The position numbers and the translations under genes were made by a program. A stretch of 64,000 nt of DNA from positions 40,116,001 to 40,180,000 of the forward strand of contig OZ249436.1 in assembly GCA_965235115.1 (NCBI GenBank), in the 5' to 3' direction. This DNA is from Laetmonice hystrix (taxonomy: Eukaryota). The first letter of the stretch is position 1; each line of letters begins with the position of its first letter. The notes beneath the pieces were generated by a model. That model was given only the letters and a program-made list of their open reading frames with translations. It was not told the origin of the DNA and did not search any database. Positions 40,501-55,500 of this stretch are shown here, in pieces.

Positions 40501-43500
40501 GAAACGCTGGTGTAATTCTTTATGCGATTGGCGTGACCGATGATGTCGATTTTGACCTGCTTCGGCGGATCGCCAGTAATCCGAATGAAGTTGTTAGGGT
40601 GGAAGAATTCAGTAGGTTGTCCACCGTGTTGGAGTCCGTCATACAAACAGTTGGTTGTCCCATCAGTAAGTATTACGCATGGCAAACGCTGATGGCTTCC
40701 GCTTCCGCTTCTGCTTCCATTTCCGGTTGACCTTATATGCAGATAATACAATGTTTCGCTTGCCGCTGACCAGCTCATTTGCCGTCGTTTTCTAGTAATT
40801 GTAGCATTGTTCGTAGTGTTCAGTTTAATATTTCCAATACTGATCCTCAGCATTAACAGGTCGAGTGAGGCTGCATCAACTTCCAATTCACGTCAAAGGG
40901 TTCTTTTTTAAAGAGGGAGTAAATAACTAATTCCCCCCCACGCCCTTAAAAATTCCTAACGGAATATTGGATGTACAGCGGATTTTAGAGTGTGTATGGT
41001 TTACCATATCATGGTGTTCCAATTCCCAATTTCAGTACCAGGACTCGTTCTATATCTGATCAAATTAATTTGTCAGTTGAATGGATGGTAATAATACAAT
41101 AACATCTATAATTTCTCTTCCTTGGTGACCAGAATTGTTGGAATAATGAATGGACCATTTGAATAGCCATAATGGTTTCCAGGTAACTGCTTCTCCGTTT
41201 GACTGGTTTGTCACATAATCCATACTTACCGATTATTGTACATGTATTTGTCTCTTTGTGCCCATTTTTATAAACAAAGTTAAGTCACGCGTAATGCTGG
41301 TATTCGTTTTTCGTGGTAGCTTGACCACCGCCGTTATTCATCATTAATTAATCCTCTATCTAGTTTTATTGCAGTGACTATCTCCTTTGTCGTATTGCAG
41401 TATCTTTACGGTACACCAGGAAAAGATTCGTAATATCGTTTGAATCCATTATCACCATTAAAGATATCAAAGATAACATTCGATCCTTGATATAACATAA
41501 TCTTTCCGATGATCTTTCAGTATGTACATTCCCTCTCGACGTCGTCTTCGTGGTAGATTCATTTGAGGTGAACTCCAACACATGGCAGGAAACGCTCAAC
41601 TTTCTCCAAAGATTCGTGGAAAGTTCGCGTGTTGGCGCCAACGACCTTCGGTTTGCCCTTGTGACGTACGACAGTTCGGCTCGCGTTGTGTTTTATCTTA
41701 ATACTAATTTTGATTCGAGCGCCATTGTCAGTGCGATCCGAAACGCCCGGGAAACTCGGGACGACAGCTTCCGGTACAGCTTAGCAGACGCGCTGCGTTT
41801 AGTGAGGACCGATGTTCTAACCCCAAGTCGAGGAGACAGAGCGAATGTAGCAAACGTTATCCTTGTAATCAGCAACAATGACCAGCGCCTTTCTCAACGT
41901 CAACGCAACCTGGACGAGGCGAACCGTCTCAAGCAGACTGGCAATGCTCGAGTTATTGTCACGTTTGCTTCAACATCGAGTGATAACGGCCTGCGAGAGC
42001 TGGCTTCGAGTGGAAATGACTATCTGGTGTTTTCTGATACTCCGTCCTTCGTGAACGCCATCACCACAATTGCGGGAACGACCTGCCAGGCAATTGTCGT
42101 GACCCCAGCGCCAACAGGTAGGGTTTCTTCAATTCCAATTTAGTGTGTAATTTGGTGGTTTGGTGTTGATACATGTTCCCTTTGTGCCATTGCCTAATCC
42201 ATTACACGCGCTGTCGAAGAGAGTATATATCGGGTGGATAAAAAAAACGCCCCGAACTTTAAACTCCAATATCTCAAAAAGTATTGATTGTAATTCAATG
42301 AAATTTTTCTTACTATCACTTCATGATGTTGTTTCTTAGTTGTTAATGTTACAACTCAATAGCTTGGATAATATGTCCGTAGGGCTAAAAACAAAAATCA
42401 TTGTACAAAAGCGCAATGCCGGGCTGAAGCGAGTGGTAGTCGCACCCAGAGTCCCAGGCCTCACACTAGAGTAGGTGGTCAATTGGTCCCCCGTTTTTAC
42501 TTCATACTGCTCTCAATCTCTTTTTACATGCGCCAATGCACTTCCTGATCTCTGATAGGGAATTATCTTCCCATTATTGGGAAATAAGCAGCGTTCTGAA
42601 CGTGTTGCTAAACGTGATAATGATACGATTCCCCTTGAACTTCTGGTTACAGTCATATCGTCCTAATGTTGCAGTTTCTCTGTAGGGTTTGGCACAGTAA
42701 ACATCTGGTTTTCTCTAGAAGTACTAGGATTAGCACATAATCTATTATATCTAGTGGTTCACAACATTATACATATTGTAAAACATGCAAAAACTAGATA
42801 TTGAAAACTTGTTTACCCAAGGTACAATGCGGTGCATCAAACAGGTGTCAAATTGGACACCTGGCAGCTGCATGATATTTGACCTAATTCCGGCATTGTG
42901 TTTTTAGACACTGATTTTTGTTTTTAGCGCCACGGGATTAATACCAAAGCTATTGAGCTGAAACTTTAACATACAAGAAATAACATCATGAAGTTATATC
43001 AAGAGACATTTTATTGAATTATAATGCAGAGTTATTGAAATATTAAAGTTTAAAGTTCGGGGCGTTTTTTTATCCACCCGATATAAGGTAACTGTGTCCA
43101 TAAAGCTTGTATTCTTCATGACCTGTGAGCTCATGAATCAGCCCATTGACGGTCTGTTCGTTTGTTTGCATGCGCCTGTTTTGTTATCGTTTGGCGTCCC
43201 TGTAGAGGCGGAAGCTTTGTCCTCCAAAGGAGGTTTGACATTTCCATGTATTTTGTCTCCCACAATGTAGCACGGTAATTTCCGTTGCTACAGAGCCTTC
43301 AATCTCCTTTTCATCCCGATATTTTGTTGTGCTCCAGGATCTCCCGGTGCCGTAGGCCCGCCTGGACCGATAGGACCTCCCGGTCGAGATGGAGCTCCAG
43401 GAAGTCAAGGAAGACCGGGAGGGCCCGGAGGTCCCGGAGGTCCCGGGGCGACTGGATTACCAGGACGTCCCGGCAATGATGGTAGGTAAACATGGCTCCT

Positions 43501-46500
43501 GAACCAAATGGACTATCCTGGTAATGTCTGCATCAAATGAAAACGTACTCCTTAAGATAGATGCATACATCAAGATAGAAAGGTTTTACCATGCAGAGGC
43601 TTTTCGTATGGGACTATTATACATATCTTCTTTAGTCTTGAAGAGTAATACGTTTCTGTCATTCCAGGTCGTCCAGGCGGCCCAGGAGGTCCAGGACCGC
43701 GTGGTCCAACAGGAGCACGAGGTTTTAATGGAGGTCCAGGTGCACCTGGCATGCCCGGAGCGACTGGACTGTCGGGTGAGTATACAAAGCTGGTACAATC
43801 CGAGGGTGTGAGGGTGGAAAAGGATACTTGGATTTGCCCTAGTCCCCAGATAGGTTATAAAAGCCAATTGATCCTTTCGCCTACCTGTACTCTGAAGGGG
43901 CTTCGACATAAACTATAAAGTCCTACAAATAGACTATAGCTCTATCGGAAAGGTCGGCCGGTCCCCAGGAGATAGAATTGTCACGATTTCAGTGCAGTAA
44001 CCCATGTTAGACCATTATCCCTGGAGAACAACGTACCTCACCGCTTCAAGTAGCTAATAACGAAACCAACTCTCATTATCAAGACGGGAACCGTGAAACG
44101 TGAAGATGTCGCCATTTATATACTAGTATTTCCGTCCTGTTTCAGGTCCAAGTGGTCGTCCTGGCGGCCCTGGTTCCCCCGGACTTCCAGGCGCTACAGG
44201 ACTCCGTGGGTTCCAAGGGCTCCCTGGTGGCCCGGGTACAGATGGCCGTCCCGGAGGACCTGGCCCTGCAGGAGTGGCGGGATCAACAGGAGCTCCTGGT
44301 CCCCGTGGTTTCCAGGGCAGCCCCGGTACGCAAACATATGCTAAACATACGCTTAGAAACGTAGTATGATTACTTTTGGCATCACGTTTGCCGTCGCCCT
44401 TTGGTACGACCCTCTTATGTACGAGAGTCGAGACCCAAGACCGAGGAATGGAGGTCTAAAGTTACCGACCGGTCAAGGCATAGACGGTAGAAATGTATCA
44501 AAATGTTAGTCCTTCGTGCTGTTGCATTTCATGGCTGTAAGTCCAGCTGAATGGTTTAGATTGACCTTGAACTATCTCTATGCCAACAGGTGGCCCGGGT
44601 GCCCCTGGCGGCCCTGGATCGCCTGGTCTCCTGGGACCAACCGGCCGGACTGGAGCAACCGGATCACGGGGACCACGCGGTTTCGGCGGAGCGACAGGTC
44701 CCACAGGACTTCGTGGGTTCCCTGGAGATAGAGGTCGGCAAAATATAAGTGCTCTACTTCCGTTATGGCTACAGTAAACGTTAAACATTTATGTCTTTTC
44801 CATTAAGTTGAACTAAATGTGAGAGATGGAAACCCCCATTCAAAATAGTTTTAGGATAAACAGGGTTTTTTTTCATCCATGTTGATTAAATCAGTCAGAG
44901 CAATGTAGAAAGTGTTTGAAAATAGGCGTTTTCTCCAATCGTCATTCGGAGGTGCAATAACTAACACATCGCAAAAAGGATCCGAAAAGAAAAACTCCAT
45001 GTACGCATGTAATTATTTATCATTGTTCTACTCTACAGGTCCTTCAGGTCCCGCAGGTAACCCAGGTCCTGGTGGACCCGCGGGGAGCACTGGTCCGCCG
45101 GGACCTCGTGGCTTTAGTGGCCCAATTGGATCGCCAGGAGGCCCAGGTATTTACATTGCTAAAACTTACTTTTTTTGGCTCTATAAATTACTGTTATGGT
45201 GAGTTACCTTTTTCAGTTTTCTGTTGGAGTGGTTTTGTTATGTATATTTATACCCTAAATTAAGGTTAATTGTATTTAATCATGTCTGTCTGTATTTATA
45301 GGCGGGCCAGGGCCACGTGGAAGTACTGGAGCACTAGGCAGACCTGGCCCAGTTGGTGGACCGGGAGGACCCGGGGCAACAGGTCCACAAGGTCCACGTG
45401 GCTTCCCCGGTGGGCCGGGCGGTCCTGGGGCGACGGGCTTCGCAGGCCCGTCGGGACCGGAGGGTAGGCCCGGTCCCCGCGGATTCGCGGGACCTCCCGG
45501 TGGACCTGGTGTAGCGGGAGCCACCGGCCCGGTTGGACCTGGTGGAAGAATGGGTCAGTTCAACATTTAAAAATAACAGTGACGGCTTGTTGAAGACGTA
45601 TTTATTGTATCTAAATGCTATGTCATATTAGAATCATTATTTTTATAGATAAAGAAAATATTAGTTATTGTTTGAATATGACAGGCCTATGCCATCATAT
45701 TACATAAGAAAATACCACTGCATATCTAATTTAATCTTGAAATGATTTTAAACTGTCATGAGTTCTATCTATTATTGCACAGGAAACTCTGGTCCAGCGG
45801 GAACCCCTGGTGGCCCTGGTGGCCCTGGTCTCCCGGGAGATAGAGGTGCCACAGGTTTGCGAGGTTTCCCTGGTGGTCCGGGTTCTATCGGTGCCACGGG
45901 ATTGCCTGGGTCCCTCGGACCCTCCGGTCCGGTGGGACGACCTGGCCCCATAGGGCCGTCCGGCGGACCCGGCGGACCCGGATCCCCTGGACGAACTGGT
46001 GCAACAGGTAAGTCTGTGATTTTCTCTCTTTTAGCATCTTTCTATAGAAACAGAGGCCTACATCAGACCCGTATACCGCGATAGTACAGAGGTCCATATA
46101 AGTACCGGTACCTCATACCTAAATTTAACAATATGGCGAACTTTTTGTGACGTAGGGTTCCCAGGCACATCCGGACGTCCTGGAGGAAGCGGTGGTCCAG
46201 GACGAATTGGGCCGGCCGGGCCGGCCGGCCCCCCCGGATCACCCGGCTTCTCCGGCCGCACTGGAGCAACTGGTACGTACAGAAGGCCATCCCTGGCAAT
46301 AATGATTATCCTCCGATTAATACAGCTTCCCGATACATTATCATCGATTGACAGAGGTCACCACTCACTTGATATTCGGACAACGATACAGATACAGATC
46401 TATGACTGCTTTGTTATTCGAAATCAGGTTTCCCTGGTGGAACCGGAGGACCCGGACGCCAAGGTAATCCTGGACCGTCTGGACCCATTGGACCATCCGG

Positions 46501-49500
46501 CGGTCCTGGACCATCAGGACCGCGTGGATTCCCTGGTATGTTGATACAGTCAAACGCTGCAATATATGAGAAGAGGCATTATTCTAACATAAAACTAAAA
46601 ACTTGAAATCAATGTAGACTGTTGAATCTCAGGATTAATTTTGTTGATATCATTCAATACTAGACGAATAATACTAGAATGCCAACTAGCATGAGCTCTG
46701 ATACTGCTGTTTCTGATGCAATTATAACTTCTACATTGCAGGATCTCCCGGGGTAGCTGGAGTGCCTGGAAGAACTGGAGCTCCTGGATTCCAGGGTCCG
46801 GGTGGGCCGGCGGGAGCCACAGGTCCCCCCGGTCCCTCAGGCGGGCCGGGCTTCCCCGGTAAGGACTTGGAATTGTTGGGCAATCTATAGAAGACCTGAC
46901 CTAGTTATGTGTGCTTTCATTCTACTATTTTGCTCTAATATAGATTTGATAGAAATACATTCATCACATACACATGTAGCATACAGTTTTAAAAAAAACA
47001 AGCTATTATGGTATAACTTGTTTCACTCCAGGCGGACCTGGTTCTACTGGTCCTACTGGACCTCGAGGCTTCCCCGGTAATCCAGGTGGTCCAGGAGGAC
47101 CTGGAGGCCCCGGGGCAACTGGACGACCTGGTCCACAAGGATTCTCACTCCCAGGCCGCACGGGAGCGACTGGCTTACCCGGAGGACCTGGAACCCCCGG
47201 GCTGGCTGGCAGACCTGGCGGGCCTGGGACTCCAGGGCGGGACGGTACGCCGGGATTCCAAGGGAGAACCGGTGCCAGAGGCTCACCCGGATTACCTGGC
47301 GGCCCTGGACGGGATGGTGGGCCTGGCGGACCTGGGGCGACTGGACAACCTGGTAGGACTGTTATTAGAGCCATCATTGTAATTTATATACTAACAGAAT
47401 GATTGGCGAAAACGACTGTTGGCAGTGTAGTGGTTAATTAGACGAAAGGACCCTACAAATGCACCAGCTTCAGCTTTTCAGGACATTTAACTTTTCGAAT
47501 ATGATCTTTTTTCTTTATTAATTGTATTGATTACTCAAAATAACATTTCAGGATTCCCCGGTGGCCCAGGTCGTTCTGGCGCACCTGGTAGACCAGGAGG
47601 ACCAGGAGGACCAGGACCTGCTGGTAATCCTGGTAGACCAGGAGCCACTGGAGTAAGAGGTTCAGCTGGCCTCCCAGGAGGGCCTGGAAGACAAGGTGAG
47701 ATACACGCTCAATTTTAAGCTTTCTCTCTCCCTCGACCTCAATCTCTCTTAACCCTATTTTATCTTTATGTATCGGTTGTAAGACTAGTACATTGTATTA
47801 AAGTGAAGGTAAAGTGGCAAAAATTAGCATTCTTAAAACACATTTGTGCGGTCCTTAATTATAGAATGCTGCCGCTAATTACTTCATTTTGTGTCAATTT
47901 CCTTACGAAATGTGTGGGCATAATCGGATATTTTCCATTGAACTGAAAAAGACGATCGTCCTTTACCGGTTTGTTTTGATTTTAGTCGCAGGAAATCGAT
48001 AATAATTTAGGGTATAAGATGGATATCTTATCTGTGACATGTTGTGTTAGGTTTCATCTTATCATTTGTTTCTTATACCGTTATAACTTTAATTTCTCGG
48101 CCCTAGGCAGTACTGGTTTGCCTGGGACAGCGGGCAGGCCCGGCGGCCCCGGCGGCCCCGGCGGCCCCGGCAGCCCCGGACGAACAGGCGCTACAGGATT
48201 TCCCGGTCGCGATGGCGGGCCTGGTTTCCCTGGTAGGACGGGGGCGACTGGTTTGCCCGGTGGTCCCGGCCGAGATGGAAGTCCCGGTGGCCCTGGTGGG
48301 CCTGGATTTCCTGGTCGTACTGGCGCCACTGGTCAGTCTGGTTTCCCAGGTACGCCTGGTCGTACAGGCGCTGCTGGTCGCCCCGGCGGACCAGGTGGAC
48401 CTGGGTTCCCGGGTAGGACTGGAGCTACAGGAAGTCCAGGTAGGACTCTTTATCCATAAGTTAAGTAGGTTCGCCACCATATCACTTTTCTGACCACCAT
48501 ATCACTTTTCTGATTTAAATTCCCACTCATTTGCCCTATGGTCAAATGGCATATTTTATAATTATTACTCTCTGGTAACAATTTGCAATTACGTACATAT
48601 TGAATATGTCCGCCAACGTAATGCCCAAGTTTTGTTCAGGCTTGCCCGGTGGCCCTGGACGCGATGGCGCTACTGGCGGAAGAGGTTTCCCTGGTAACCC
48701 AGGGCCAGCAGGAGGGCCCGGAGGACCCGGATCCCCAGGTCGCACGGGAGCCCCTGGACGAGATGGAGGACCTGGTTTCCCTGGACGCACTGGAGCAAGT
48801 GGCTTACCTGGCCGTCCGGGAGGCCCAGGAGGACCTGGATCCCCTGGTCTACGCGGTCTTCCAGGTATGGGATGATCATACTGGGAGTATTGTATAGGCC
48901 TACTAGTAGTTGGGAAGTGATTAGCGTCTTTAAAATTATAAGGATCAAAGTGTAGCCGCGGAGTACCCAACCAGATATTTCGTAATCCACGATTTAAATA
49001 TTTGCACTTGCCTACGTCATATGACAGTGTAATTCAGGTTGATACCTCTTCTTATATCTAGGTACCCCTGGTCTAAGCGGACGCGCTGGTGCAACGGGAC
49101 TCTCAGGAACACCAGGATTACGAGGACTTCCTGGTTCGGACGGAAGACCCGGAGGGCCAGGATTCCCTGGACGCACTGGAGCAGCCGGTACCCCTGGAAG
49201 TGCTGGGTTGCCAGGCGGCCCTGGAGGTCCTGGCTTCCCTGGAAGGACTGGCGCAACAGGCACAAGTGGACGTGACGGTTCCCCAGGTTGGAATAGCTGA
49301 ACAACCCCAACTTACCTAAAAAGGAATACTGAACTTTTTGATATGATGGTTACCAAGGACGTTATTTCAGTTATCTGTTCTATGATTGCTCTAACATTTT
49401 CTTCACCACAGGAGGTCCCGGTTTACCTGGACGTACTGGAGCAACCGGATTACCTGGCGGACCAGGACAGCGAGGTTTCCCAGGAAACCCTGGAACAGCC

Positions 49501-52500
49501 GGCCGTCCTGGCGGTACTGGCGCACCGGGTGGCCCTGGAGGTCCTGGCTTCCCTGGCCGCACTGGAGCCACTGGCAGCCCTGGAGGACCTGGATTCCCAG
49601 GAGGAACAGGTGGCCCTGGAGCCAGAGGTTTCCCAGGTATGTTGAACTAGACAGCTGCTTATGATGGTTTGTGTGATACATGTATGCATTTCCTCCCCAA
49701 GTCGGTCAAATTCATTACAAATATTATAATTTGAAGGTAAGGCACAACAAAAATGCAAATATATGCAATCACAACAGTTTACCTGGCAGCACTGACATGA
49801 TTTATGAGTAGGCTTGTTATTCAAGAAGCTGAACTATTTTTGCACATTTCAAAGGCCAACCTGGCGTGGCTGGACGGACAGGAGCAAGAGGCTCACCAGG
49901 TAACCCTGGCAGCTCTGGTCGTGATGGACTTCCCGGTACTCCGGGAAGGGCAGGTGCTACAGGTAAAGGATGTACACACATTCAGTGTCCAATTTCCTAA
50001 CATTCAACTACGTTATAACGTAACCAGGAAAGTTATTAAGGCTAATCGAAATGTTTCTCTTATGTAAAGGTTTGCCTGGATTATCTGGCAACCCTGGCTC
50101 TGCCGGCCGACCTGGTACCCCGGGTAATCCGGGACGTGATGGCGGTTCAGGAGCCCCCGGCGGGCCTGGATTACGTGGTTTCCCTGGCAATCCCGGAACC
50201 CCAGGTACCCCTGGACGCACGGGTGCCGCTGGCAGGCCAGGAGGACCTGGTGGCCCTGGGTTCCCTGGACGTACTGGAGCAACTGGTGCTGCCGGTTTCC
50301 CAGGCGGCCCTGGAGGACCTGGTAGCACTGGACCACCCGGAGGACCTGGTAAAAATTTGAGGATTTAATCAAAGATCATTTAAGTGTTTTAATGAAACCT
50401 AAACGTTTGTCACAGGTCGCCTTTGAATGCCATTTGAATACAAACCTTTTCAGGTGGCCCCGGATTCCCTGGACGTACTGGAGCTGTGGGACAACCAGGA
50501 CGGCCAGGCAGTGATGGTAGACCTGGGGGTCCTGGCTTCCCAGGAAGAACTGGAGCAACAGGTAAAGCGAAGAGCACTGGGATTTATTAAATTATTTCTA
50601 AGAAGTATTTGTGTCACAGGGACATAATTTTTAAAAGAGAGAAGTCACGCTTTCTAACATACACATATTGGTTAATCTAGGATCTGTTGGACCCTCCGGC
50701 CGGCCTGGAAGTCCTGGAGGACCGGGGCGAGATGGAGCAACTGGTGGACGTGGATTCCCTGGCAACCCTGGAAGCAGCGGCGCACCTGGAGGTCCCGGCC
50801 GCCCCGGTGGGCCTGGATTCCCAGGACGGACTGGAGCCACTGGACAACCTGGACTCCCTGGTGGTTCTGGCCTACCGGGAGGCCCTGGCTTCCCTGGACG
50901 AACTGGAGCCACAGGTAACAAATTATTCTCTGGTATCTCATGAGTAAGGCGGATCCTCCGATTTGATGACATATCGTGCTTATTTATCTGAGGGATCAGA
51001 GAGGACTATATGTGTGTGGCGTTTTGTGGATGTTTCATAGGTGTCGCTGGAAGACCTGGAGGCCCTGGACTGCCAGGATCAGATGGCCGCCCTGGCACCC
51101 CTGGAGGGAGTGGAGCAAGGGGTTTCCCTGGGAACCCTGGCTCCGCCGGACGACCCGGGGGCCCTGGGTTCCCTGGCCAAACTGGCGCCACTGGATTTTC
51201 TGGCTTACCGGGCGGCCCTGGACCAGCCGGTGCAACTGGTCAAGCTGGTTTCCCTGGTGGCCCGGGAGGCACTGGCTTACCAGGAATACCTGGTAGCCCC
51301 GGACGTGTTGGTGCCACTGGTAAGTCGTTTACCTTTGTCTAATCATTTCAGCCTAAGCAGATCAGAACTCACTATATCCAAAGATATTTCTACAAATCAT
51401 TTTACATTTTAAAACGAAAAAGGTAATGACAGCAGCAGAAATGGCGCTGCTGTCCTTTCTGGAATATTGTCTGAAAGATTATATTGAAAACACTTTAAAG
51501 TTAAACTAAGAGTGAACAGGGGGAAATGATAACGAGTGCTTCTTATGTTCTATAGGATTCCCCGGACCGGCCGGACGCCCTGGTAGCCCAGGAGGACCGG
51601 GTGCTACTGGAGGCCCTGGCGGTCCAGGGGGGCCCGGATTCCCTGGCCGCACTGGTGCTACTGGATTCCCTGGACGTGATGGTAATCCAGGGTCGGCTGG
51701 ACGCCCTGGTGGCCCTGGATTCCCAGGCCGCACTGGAGCCACCGGCTCGCCTGGTGGCCCTGGTGCGGCAGGACGGCCTGGTGGACCCGGGTTCCCAGGA
51801 CGTACAGGAGCTGCCGGTCGCCCTGGATCTGATGGACGGCCTGGAGGTCCTGGATTCCCTGGTCGCACTGGAGCAACTGGTGCAACAGGAGGCCCTGGAG
51901 GTCCAGGCTCACCCGGAAGGACTGGGCCCGCAGGATTACCAGGTAATTCCTACACACATGCAGTTAAATATCATTCTAATCGTTCCCCCCACCTATCAGG
52001 GATGAAAGTTTTCAGGAAATTTCCTGAAATCAGGAAATTTGAAAAAATCCCCCCCCCCCAAGAAATAACACCCAAAAAAGGAAATAGGCCTAGATCTATA
52101 GGCAAAAGAGGTAGGCCTAAGCCAAGGCTAAGTATTGCCCTGGACTGTGTGGTGGGCAATTAATATCAAATGAAACAATATCCCCTTCCAGGACGTTTTT
52201 TAACACCATGCAGCTCAATATATCTCTACCTGCCAAAGTTCGTTTATAGATGGGGATATTAGAGTGTCTCAAACCCGTCCAGTGTCACGGGTGCCACCGT
52301 GCATAGGCCGGTCTGCCGGGGGTGCTGGTCCCTGTAGCTGTGGTGACATCGCTCACATAGACCGGCCCGCGTGGGCTGACTTCTACCGGCACGCGGTGGC
52401 GTCTGTCCCGTCTGGCAGGCACGGCCCCGTGTCGCTGTGGTGAGAGCGACTCACCTCAGGTAATGACTTCAGGCAAAATTGATGGTCAGGCAGCTGCGAA

Positions 52501-55500
52501 GCCCGTTGATTCAGGCTTGCCATTATGTATGGTGGCCCAAAAGTATCATCTCGACTTACAAAATCTCGCATGGGGCAAATAAAATCAAAATCTCGCATGG
52601 TAGAAACACAAAATCAAAATCTCGCATGGTAGAAACACAAAATCAAAATCTCGCATGGTAGAAACAAAAATCAAAATCTCGCATGGTAGAAACAAAAATC
52701 AAAATCTCGCATGCTAGAAAAACAAAATCAAAATCTCGCATGCTAGAAACACAAAATCAAAATCTCGCATGCTGGAACAAAATCAAAATCTCGCATGGGG
52801 CTTTTTACGGGCGCTGCCATGTTGAAACTAGGCAAGCGACGCGCAAGCGCAGTATCGCCGGAAGTAGTCAGAGTGGCCTGGATCATCACGCCCTCTGTCG
52901 GCATACGCCCCAGTCTGATCCTAGCCTGGTCCCCGGTGCCTACCATACGCATCCGCTTGATGTTAGGCCCGGTGATGGCTAACAGAAAGCTGTAAAACGG
53001 AAGTGGTGATCTTCAAGCACTTCCGCCTCGGAGCTAATCACTTCCGCCTCCGGTCCGTTGGTCAGCGTTAACAGAGTGATTGACTTCTGCTTGGAGCGTG
53101 GCCGGGAGTGGCCAACAATAGCAACATGCCCCTGCGTATGCAGACCGTAGCAGGTGTGGGGACTGGTAACGTTATGTTTACATCCAGAAAAGCGAGGACA
53201 TTTAACACTTGTATTTTAAAGGGATTGGCGAAAATATTTGTGTCTTGTTGGAGAAATACGGGGGGTACGGAACTATACCTCGTTTGCGTCCATGTTTTCG
53301 ATGGGCCAATCACAACGCTTGCTTCGATTGGCCTTCACCAGGCTTTATATTGGCCTGGTCCCCATTCGGCCCACCTCGGGACTGTCCGGGCCAGGTCCGG
53401 AAGTTGGGCCGAGGTTTTCCGAATGGCCTGGTCCCTAGCCTCGCCAAGAGTACCTGGTCCCCTGTCTTGCATGGATCCAGCCGCGCTCCTACTGTGCATT
53501 TTCTCCATGCGAGATTTTGATTTTGTGTTTCTAGTATGCGAGATTTTGATTTTGTGTTTCTAGCATGCGAGATTTTGATTTTGTGTTTCTAGCATGCGAG
53601 ATTTTGATTTTGTGTTTCTAGCATGCGAGATTTTGATTTTGTGTTTCTAGCATGCGAGATTTTGATTTTGTGTTTCTAGCATGCGAGATTTTGATTTTGT
53701 GTTTCTAGCATGCGAGATTTTGATTTTGTGTTTCTAGCATGCGAGATTTTGATTTTGTGTTTCTAGCATGCGAGATTTTGATTTTGTGTTTCTAGCATGC
53801 GAGATTTTCTGTTTGCCCCATGCGAGATTTTGATTTTTTGTTTGTACCATGCGAGATTTTTATTTTGCGAGTACGAGATTTTATTTTGCGAGTACGAGAT
53901 TTTATTTTGCGAGTACGAGATTTTATTTTGCGAGTACGAGATTTTATTTTGCGAGTACGAGATTTTATTTTGCGAGTACGAGATTTTATTTTGCGAGTAC
54001 GAGATTTTATTTTGCGAGTGCGAGATTTTTAAGTACGAGATGATACTTTTGGGCCACCATAATTATGCCATATCCATGCGCGAGTTTTGCCTGAGCGCTC
54101 ACTTATAATTAGTGATAGCAACGAGACTATAGACAGACCGGTCTGTCTAGTCCCGGTGATAGTGATTAGGCTGACGAACTACGCACCATCACAATGTCAC
54201 TCCTCACAGGAAACTGGGTCAATTTAGTTCTATGAATCTGCCTAGTATATATGTCAGTAAGTTCTCATAATGTGTTCTTGCATATAAATTTGAGGATAGT
54301 GGCATTACGTAAGTGGTTTTCACTGAAGTTTTGGGGTTGTCAGGACTTTTCATTACATTTGTCGATCAGTGCAGGTGTCCTGATAAGACCGGAAGTGACA
54401 ATTTTCACAACAACATGAGTGGCACATGGACACACGGGCTGAACCACTCGACTCAGCGAAGCCTGTGTTGCTTGGCTGAGAGCCGCTGAGGGTCGTGACT
54501 GCTGAGGGTCAAGACTGATGGACAGCCTGTGTGGTCAGTCTAACACATGGAAGCTGTTTGACAACGTAATCGGTTGCATTTTGGACGCTAAAAGCCGACT
54601 GGATTCCAATGTTGGAGAGAGACGGCAGAGCCAGGCAGAGGTTGACACTGACTGTGACTGAGTGACAGGCAAGCAACAGCCTTGAACAGGGGCATGGACT
54701 GATGAGTGATGGAGTCTATCCAGCAAATTTGCAGGGGTGGGGGGTTGAGGGGGGGGGGTGGCGACTAAATACTGAGGGCTAGGCCCTATAATATATAATA
54801 GCTAGGAGGCCTTATCGGATCATGATTGTCTGCTGTTCCTAGCCTGACTTTTTTTAAGGGGGGGGGTGAGCCTTGGATGTGCGCATGAACAAATATTAAT
54901 TATGGACATTGGCCCCCGCCGCTCCCCCCCGGTCAGAATTTCAGGAAATTTTACAGCTGGCCACTTTCATCCCTGACCTATGAAGAGTACCAAAGCTGCT
55001 GACTTACAGTATGGTATTAAAAGACTATTCCACAGTCGATGACTAACTCTCCCATTTATGTGTAATACTCTAGGTTTTCCCGGAAGGACGGGAGCCACGG
55101 GAGGCCCAGGAGGCCCCGGACGCCCGGGATCAGATGGCCGTCCCGGTGGCCCTGGATTCCCGGGAGCATCAGGAGCAACTGGTAGGAATAAGGACATAGA
55201 CTTTTCTGAAAACCCTCTTGTTAACTGAAACAAAAGGACAGGTCAGTCATTGTCTCGACCCAACACAACAAGTTGCTACTAAAATGGGCATTGACGGTTC
55301 ATTATGAACTGAGCCCATACATGTATAATTATGGGCCCAATACCGACTCTAAATATGCCTTATGTATCCTCTCAGGATTTCCCGGCCGAGACGGTAGCCC
55401 CGGCTCGGACGGGCGCCCCGGCGGGCCTGGATTCCCAGGACGGACTGGAGCCACTGGATCTCCAGGAGGGCCTGGAGCAGATGGACGCCCCGGCGGCCCT

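Noticed and set aside
52479..54108. Repetitive and short ORFs inside the nested transposons
   Set aside because: Derived from subterminal arrays; no transposase motifs recognised.
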